This document shows, piece after piece, positions 59,049-64,000 of a stretch of 64,000 bases of DNA (positions are counted from its first letter, which is position 1; the number at the start of each line of letters is the position of its first letter). Location: assembly GCA_965116475.1 (NCBI GenBank), contig OZ220691.1, forward strand, positions 192,001 through 256,000, read 5' to 3'. Source of the DNA: Gemmatimonadota bacterium. GTDB lineage: Bacteria; Gemmatimonadota; Gemmatimonadetes; Palauibacterales; Palauibacteraceae. The translations under genes and the position numbers were made by a program. The notes beneath the pieces were generated by a model. It saw only the letters and a list, made by a program, of their open reading frames with translations. It had not been told where the DNA came from and did not search any database.

Positions 59049-60554
59049 CTAGTGCGGGTGCCCGTGGTCCGAGACTTCCACATCGCCGAGCGAAGCCAGT
59101 CTCACCTGGTAGGTGCCGACGGCGACCACCTGTTCTCCGACCGCGACGCCGGAGTGCACGATGGTCCACGAACCGTCCGAGGGGCCGGTCTCCACCACCC
59201 GCCGTTGGAACGCCTCGCCGCCGACCTTCACGTAGACTACGGAGAGCCCGTCCTCGTCGAGGATCGCCGGCGCCGGGACGGCTACTCCCTCCACGGGCTC
59301 CCCGAGGAGCAGGTGCCCTTCGGCCAGCATCCCCGCCTTGAGCGCGCCGCCGGGGTTCGCCACCGCGAAGCGCACCGGCAGCGTCCGGCTCCCCGCCTCG
59401 ATGATGCTGCCCACGGACACCAGGCGGTCTGCCGCGTGCGCCCGGGTCGCCCCTTCGACGGTAAACCACGCGCCGCGGACATCGCCGGCCGCTTCGGCGT
59501 AGCGGGCCGGCATCCGCGCGACGAACCACAGGGGATCGGGACGCACCACCGTGAACGCGTGCGTCCCGATGGCGACGTGCGCCCCGGGGGCCACGTGACG
59601 GTCCGCGATCACGCCCCCGATCGGACTCCGAAGCCGGTAGACGTGCGGGCCGGGACCGCCGTCCCCGTCCGCGGAGCGAAGGCCTCCCACGGCCTCGGAC
59701 GCGGCCCGGGCCACCTCGAGGTTGTGGCGGGCCTCCTCCAGGCGGCGCTCGGAGATGGCGCCGGCGGCGAAGAGGCGCTCCGCCCGGTCCGCCTCGCGCT
59801 CGGCCTCCACGACGTCCGCCAGCATGCGGGCATACGAGTCGTCGAGGCTCGTGGGAGCGATCAGCGCCAGCGTCTCCCCCTCCCGCACCGCCTCGCCGGG
59901 GGCCGGCGATGGCCCCTGGACGAGCAGGAGGCCCGCCACCGGCGTCGAGACGTGCGCGAGCCCGCCCGCGGGGGCCGTGACCTCACCGGTCACCGGGATC
60001 GAGTTGGGGATCCGGCGCGTCTCCGCGACCGCCACCTCGAACGGCATCGCCCACTGTTCTTCCTTCGCGAGCGCGATCAGCCCCGGAAGCGGCTGCTCTT
60101 CGTCGTGCGGGAGCGCTTCTTCGCTCTCCCACACCCGCAACTGCCCCACCGGGATCGCGTGGCCCGCGCCGCGGGCCGTAAGGGTCAGGTCCGCCCGCCA
60201 TGTCCCGGTCTCCGTGAGGGTCGGGCTCGCCGTGTAGACGCCCGGGCTCGCCGGAGCCGCGAGCACGATCTCCTCGCGGGCCCCGCCCGGTCCCCGGAGC
60301 AGGAGCACGAGGCGCCCCTCCCGCACCGGCTTCCAGTCCGCCAGCCAGGTGAGGTGGATGGCCCACGGCTCGCTCGCGACGCCCCGCACGTGCGGCGGGT
60401 ACTCGACGAAGAGTTCGAGCGACTCGGTCCAGTGCGTCACCACGCCGCCGCCGGCATGGGAATGAGTGGCGGCCGCCGCCTCGTCGGCGGGCGGCGCATC
60501 GCACCCCGGACTGGAGAGCCCCGCCACCATGGCGACCGCCCGGGTCACGCGCAT
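59049..60554 (-). CDS. RND efflux periplasmic adaptor (MFP) with His-rich ends
   Basis: Lipoyl/hairpin pattern (LRSPIGGVIA, SRTLPVRF, LKAGM); THSHAGG and DHGHPH; directly upstream of the RND permease. Confidence 0.9.
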   Translation of the reverse strand: MRVTRAVAMVAGLSSPGCDAPPADEAAAATHSHAGGGVVTHWTESLELFVEYPPHVRGVASEPWAIHLTWLADWKPVREGRLVLLLRGPGGAREEIVLAAPASPGVYTASPTLTETGTWRADLTLTARGAGHAIPVGQLRVWESEEALPHDEEQPLPGLIALAKEEQWAMPFEVAVAETRRIPNSIPVTGEVTAPAGGLAHVSTPVAGLLLVQGPSPAPGEAVREGETLALIAPTSLDDSYARMLADVVEAEREADRAERLFAAGAISERRLEEARHNLEVARAASEAVGGLRSADGDGGPGPHVYRLRSPIGGVIADRHVAPGAHVAIGTHAFTVVRPDPLWFVARMPARYAEAAGDVRGAWFTVEGATRAHAADRLVSVGSIIEAGSRTLPVRFAVANPGGALKAGMLAEGHLLLGEPVEGVAVPAPAILDEDGLSVVYVKVGGEAFQRRVVETGPSDGSWTIVHSGVAVGEQVVAVGTYQVRLASLGDVEVSDHGHPH

Positions 60555-60718
60555 GACACCTCCTGGATTGCGAACCTGTCCCGTCCGTTCAACGTTGCCC
60601 GACCCCCGGCCGGGGGCCAGAGCGGCCGAAACCTCGGCCCGGGGACGGCCCGTACTGTTCAGTGGCTGCCGGCCTCGCCACGTTGAAGCGTACGCCATGC
60701 GCGGAAGAGGGAGACCTG

Positions 60719-60781
60719 ATGAGAAAGATCGCCATCGCCGTCGCCGTGATCGTCATTCGGAAGCTGCTCAAGAAGCTCTGA
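60719..60781 (+). CDS. Putative 20-aa cationic hydrophobic small protein MRKIAIAVAVIVIRKLLKKL
   Basis: AGGGAG RBS 5 nt before ATG; almost all codons end in G/C; lies in an otherwise empty intergenic gap with a GC hairpin downstream. Confidence 0.55.
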   Translation: MRKIAIAVAVIVIRKLLKKL

Positions 60782-60838
60782 CGGCGGAACGGAACTCCCG
60801 GTGACCCGCGGGTTCCCGGGACACTGCGTTAGTCCGGA

Positions 60839-61609
60839 CTAGTCGGGCGACGGTCCGATCCGTCCCGGCCTCATCGCCGTGAGGAACCGCAGCGGCCTCA
60901 GCGCCTCACGGTCGTACGAGTAGTAGATGAAGAAGGGCCGGCCCCGCATCTTCCCGCGCTCGACGAACCCCCAGTAGCGCGAATCGAGGCTCTCCTCCCG
61001 GTTGTCCCCCAGCATGAAGTAGCGTTCCGGCGGCACCACGAGCGGTCCCCAGTTGTCCCGCGTGGGTTCGTACTCGCCCCGCTCCGGGTCCGGAATCAGG
61101 TGCGCCAGTTGCCACAGCATCCGGGGATCCCCTTCATCCAGTTGTCGCGGATTGCGGCGGACGTACGGTTCGTCGACGGCGACGCCGTTCCGGAAGAAGA
61201 CGCCTCTTTCCATGTGCAGCGTGTCGCCGGGCAAACCCACGGTTCGCTTGACGATGTCCAGCCCCGGGGAATGGTCCGCCCTGAACACGATGATGTCCCC
61301 GTACTCCGGCTCGGCGTATCCCGGCACGCGAGCGCTCGTAAACGGGATCGGCGCACCGAGCGATGTCTTGTTCACGAGCAGAAAATCGCCGACCAGCAGC
61401 GTCCCCTCCATCGACCCCGACGTGATCACGAACGTCGCCAGCAGGAACGTCCTGAAGAAGATGAAGATGAGGAACGCGACGAACAGGGTGCGCGCCCAGT
61501 CGCGGAACCACTCCGCGCTGAACGCCGCCGGAGATGAGGGACGTTCCCGCGCTTCCGCGGCGTCGTCCGCCCCTCCGTTACCGCGCTTCGTTCTGCGACT
61601 TCGTGCCAT
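60839..61609 (-). CDS. lepB: Signal peptidase I
   Basis: TM helix, SGSMEGTL (Ser), IVKRTVGLPGD (Lys) and GDNREESLDSRYWG. Confidence 0.95.
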   Translation of the reverse strand: MARSRRTKRGNGGADDAAEARERPSSPAAFSAEWFRDWARTLFVAFLIFIFFRTFLLATFVITSGSMEGTLLVGDFLLVNKTSLGAPIPFTSARVPGYAEPEYGDIIVFRADHSPGLDIVKRTVGLPGDTLHMERGVFFRNGVAVDEPYVRRNPRQLDEGDPRMLWQLAHLIPDPERGEYEPTRDNWGPLVVPPERYFMLGDNREESLDSRYWGFVERGKMRGRPFFIYYSYDREALRPLRFLTAMRPGRIGPSPD

Positions 61610-61733
61610 GTTTCGGCGTGCTCTCCTGCGGGGGTCGCCGGCGCGCCCGGCGCCCGGCGTGATCGTCGGCTGGGGCGGAGGCTACTCTGCGACCATGTCC
61701 CCCGCCACGCAAACCGCCGACGTTTGAGTGTCG

Positions 61734-63998
61734 TTACATGAGGCCGTCGGAGTATATGTGGAGGCGCCAGATGTTGCCGCCGCGGACGGCGCGGGCGATG
61801 TCGATGCGGAACAGGCCGTCCATGAGCGACAGGCCGAGGCCAACGCTCGACCGCCAGCCCTCCGTGCCGAAGGCATCCACGGGTCCCGCCCAGCCCGCGT
61901 CCCAGAACCCCGTGACCCGGACCGGGCTGCCGCCGATGTCGTACGCGGGATCGCCGATCCGGAAACCGCGCCCCAGTTCGAACCGGCCGAACCAGAAGCT
62001 CTCGCCGCCGTTCGACACCGGGTCGAAGGCCCGGAGCGTGTAGGATCCGCCGAGGTGGAAGCGGCGCTGTGGAGGCGGCTCCCCGAACACCCTTCCCGCT
62101 CCGCCCTCCAGCGCCACAGACCACTGGTTCACGGGGAGCTGCAGCGCCGCGGAAAGCGCGGCGCGCCCGTAGAGATCGAAGTCGCCCGTCGCGGCTTCGC
62201 CCCAGAGGGAGCCACTGAGGATCGGCGTGCCCGGGTCCACCGAAGAAAACGCCCGCAGGCGGCCGGAGACGCCCGCGATGTCGCCGCGCGCGGCCACGAT
62301 GTTGTCCGGGAAGACCGCATCGCCGAAGAGGTTCGGGAGCGAGGCGTCGCTCTGCTTGATGGCGTTCTGGTGGCGCTCCGCGAAGAGCGCCCCCTCCAGG
62401 CGTGTCCGCTTTCCCTGGCGGCTCGCCGAGATCTCGAGGCCGGTCTCCCGGAAGTAGAGGCCTTCATCGTACCCCATGACGAGGCTGTTGAAGGAGTTGC
62501 CGAAGGAGAGCGGACGGCCCCAGTCGCCGAGGTCCGTGAGGCGCCGGTACGCCATGATCCCGAAACCGCCCGTGACCGCCTGGCGCCGCCACCCGACCTC
62601 CACCCCGGGCTCCCACTCCGGGATGCCCACGCGCGGCGTGACCGAAAACTCCGACGTGACGCCCGTCGGCATGGCGAACCGTGCGCTGAACGACAGCCCC
62701 TCGACCCGATTGTAGCGGAGCCTGCGCAGACCCGGAGCCAGATCCAGGCGGGGACCCAGTCCCACGGCGGCGGGGACCTGCAGCGAGGAAAGACGGTCCT
62801 TCAGGTCGTCGAGTTCCGCCTCGGCGAAGGCGTCGACGGTGGCGGAAAAGAGCGGCTCCGGCAGCTCCGGGGACAAGGGGAGTTCCGCGACGGGAGGGAC
62901 GATGATCACGATCGGCCGCACAGCTTCGAGCAGCGAGTCCGGTTCCGCGGTGAGGGGGTCGTCACGCCTGCGCCCGGCCTCGCGCTCCTCCCGGCGCCGG
63001 GTTCGACCTTCCGTCACGGACACGTCGAGCGCCTGTCCCTCGGGCGCGAGGAACTCTTCGTCCCCATCGACCCAGCGCGTCCAGCCCGGTGGCAGATCGT
63101 CTCCCGGATCGAGCAATGGTTCCCGGTCCACGGCGTAGTCCTCGAAGGTCCACTCGTAGCGCACCGGCATGCTCGCGAGATCCGCCATCGTGGCGACCGC
63201 GTCGAAGGCCATGCGATTCGGAAGCCACCAGCGAAGTTCCTGCAGGCCGTAGTCGATCGTGATGAATTCGACCCTGGCGCGGATCGGCTTCACGAAGCCG
63301 GGAACGTCCTCCGCGTCCTCCGGTTCTTCGCGGTCGAAGTCGAACTCGATCGCCGGACGGTAGGCGGCGCGCGTGAGGACCCCTTCGTCGGCGTCGAACC
63401 ACAGCGAGCCGACAATGCGGTCGAAGCGGGCCTCGCGCGGCTCGACGATCGCCTCGATCAGCGTGACCGTGCGGTCGTCCCCCGGGAAGCGGATCCGCAG
63501 CGTATCGCCGGAGCGGTAGCGGTAGTGATAGGCCGCGGTATCGGCCAGGGGATGGAGGGCCCACTCCGAGCCCACCGTCACGTGCTCGCTCGCCGGATCG
63601 ATCATGTCGAAGTCGAGCTCGAACGCGTCGTCGTCGCGCAGGTCGTTCTCGAACTCGACGCCCAGGCCGACGATCGGCACGCCGCGGCGTACCCCCAGCC
63701 AGCGGACGATGTGCTCGCCTTCCGCCGCCCAGCGCAGACGCGCCACCCGCTCCTGGTGGAACATCGCCCGCTCGCGGCGCAGGAACGCGCCGCCCAGCCC
63801 GGCGTAGATGCGCTCGCGGAAGGTCGCCTCGAAGCTCGTCAGCCCTTCGGCCCGAGCCTTGCGCTGCGCCATGGCCCGGTCGATCAGTCCCGCGATCCCT
63901 TCGTCGGCGTAGGCGTCGGACGGAATCGGCCGCGAGACGGGAACAGGCGGCTCCTGGAGGGCGAGCGCGTCGGCTGCGGCGCCCGCGACGGCACCCAT
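61734..63998 (-). CDS. Large hypothetical secreted/outer-membrane protein (5' end probably outside the window)
   Basis: Long high-GC3 ORF; RYNRVEGL and a BamA/TamA-like C-terminus (FHLGGSYTLRAF...FWDAGW...GLGLS...RIDIA). Confidence 0.75.
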   Translation of the reverse strand: MGAVAGAAADALALQEPPVPVSRPIPSDAYADEGIAGLIDRAMAQRKARAEGLTSFEATFRERIYAGLGGAFLRRERAMFHQERVARLRWAAEGEHIVRWLGVRRGVPIVGLGVEFENDLRDDDAFELDFDMIDPASEHVTVGSEWALHPLADTAAYHYRYRSGDTLRIRFPGDDRTVTLIEAIVEPREARFDRIVGSLWFDADEGVLTRAAYRPAIEFDFDREEPEDAEDVPGFVKPIRARVEFITIDYGLQELRWWLPNRMAFDAVATMADLASMPVRYEWTFEDYAVDREPLLDPGDDLPPGWTRWVDGDEEFLAPEGQALDVSVTEGRTRRREEREAGRRRDDPLTAEPDSLLEAVRPIVIIVPPVAELPLSPELPEPLFSATVDAFAEAELDDLKDRLSSLQVPAAVGLGPRLDLAPGLRRLRYNRVEGLSFSARFAMPTGVTSEFSVTPRVGIPEWEPGVEVGWRRQAVTGGFGIMAYRRLTDLGDWGRPLSFGNSFNSLVMGYDEGLYFRETGLEISASRQGKRTRLEGALFAERHQNAIKQSDASLPNLFGDAVFPDNIVAARGDIAGVSGRLRAFSSVDPGTPILSGSLWGEAATGDFDLYGRAALSAALQLPVNQWSVALEGGAGRVFGEPPPQRRFHLGGSYTLRAFDPVSNGGESFWFGRFELGRGFRIGDPAYDIGGSPVRVTGFWDAGWAGPVDAFGTEGWRSSVGLGLSLMDGLFRIDIARAVRGGNIWRLHIYSDGLM

Positions 63999-64000
63999 AC

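Noticed and set aside
60589-60771. 60-aa minus-strand ORF MSSFRMTITATAMAIF
   Set aside because: Antisense to the 20-aa peptide ORF, which has the better RBS and codon pattern.

Overview
High-GC bacterial chromosomal segment of about 50 densely packed genes, mostly housekeeping, metabolic and envelope functions. The gene style suggests Gemmatimonadota, but this is an inference and was not tested. Recognisable genes include gltX (5' part), a FadI-type thiolase, ctaA, hemE/hemY/hemH, a Leu dehydrogenase, an iodotyrosine-deiodinase-like flavoprotein, tandem secreted amidohydrolases, a multicopper oxidase, a PIG-L/SSS module, fhs, pgi, a GltD-like+korAB cluster, an RND efflux pair and lepB. I saw no rRNA, tRNA, CRISPR array, transposase or integrase. 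The most notable observations are: (1) an ECF sigma factor translationally coupled to an O6-alkylguanine methyltransferase with an N-terminal Cys-rich, anti-sigma-like domain; (2) an AhpD-like gene split in the ORF track by an in-frame UGA in a C-F-Y-U motif followed by a SECIS-like hairpin, i.e. a probable selenoprotein; (3) a secreted 8-Cys small protein coupled to a beta-propeller lipoprotein; (4) an unannotated 20-aa cationic hydrophobic peptide with a good RBS; (5) an NCS2 permease fused to a degenerate RsbW-like domain; (6) a protein built from a duplicated, unrecognised ~45-aa module; (7) a 22-bp palindromic intergenic element present twice, plus several short intergenic tandem repeats. 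Start codons were chosen by eye and all family calls come from motif recognition, not database searches.
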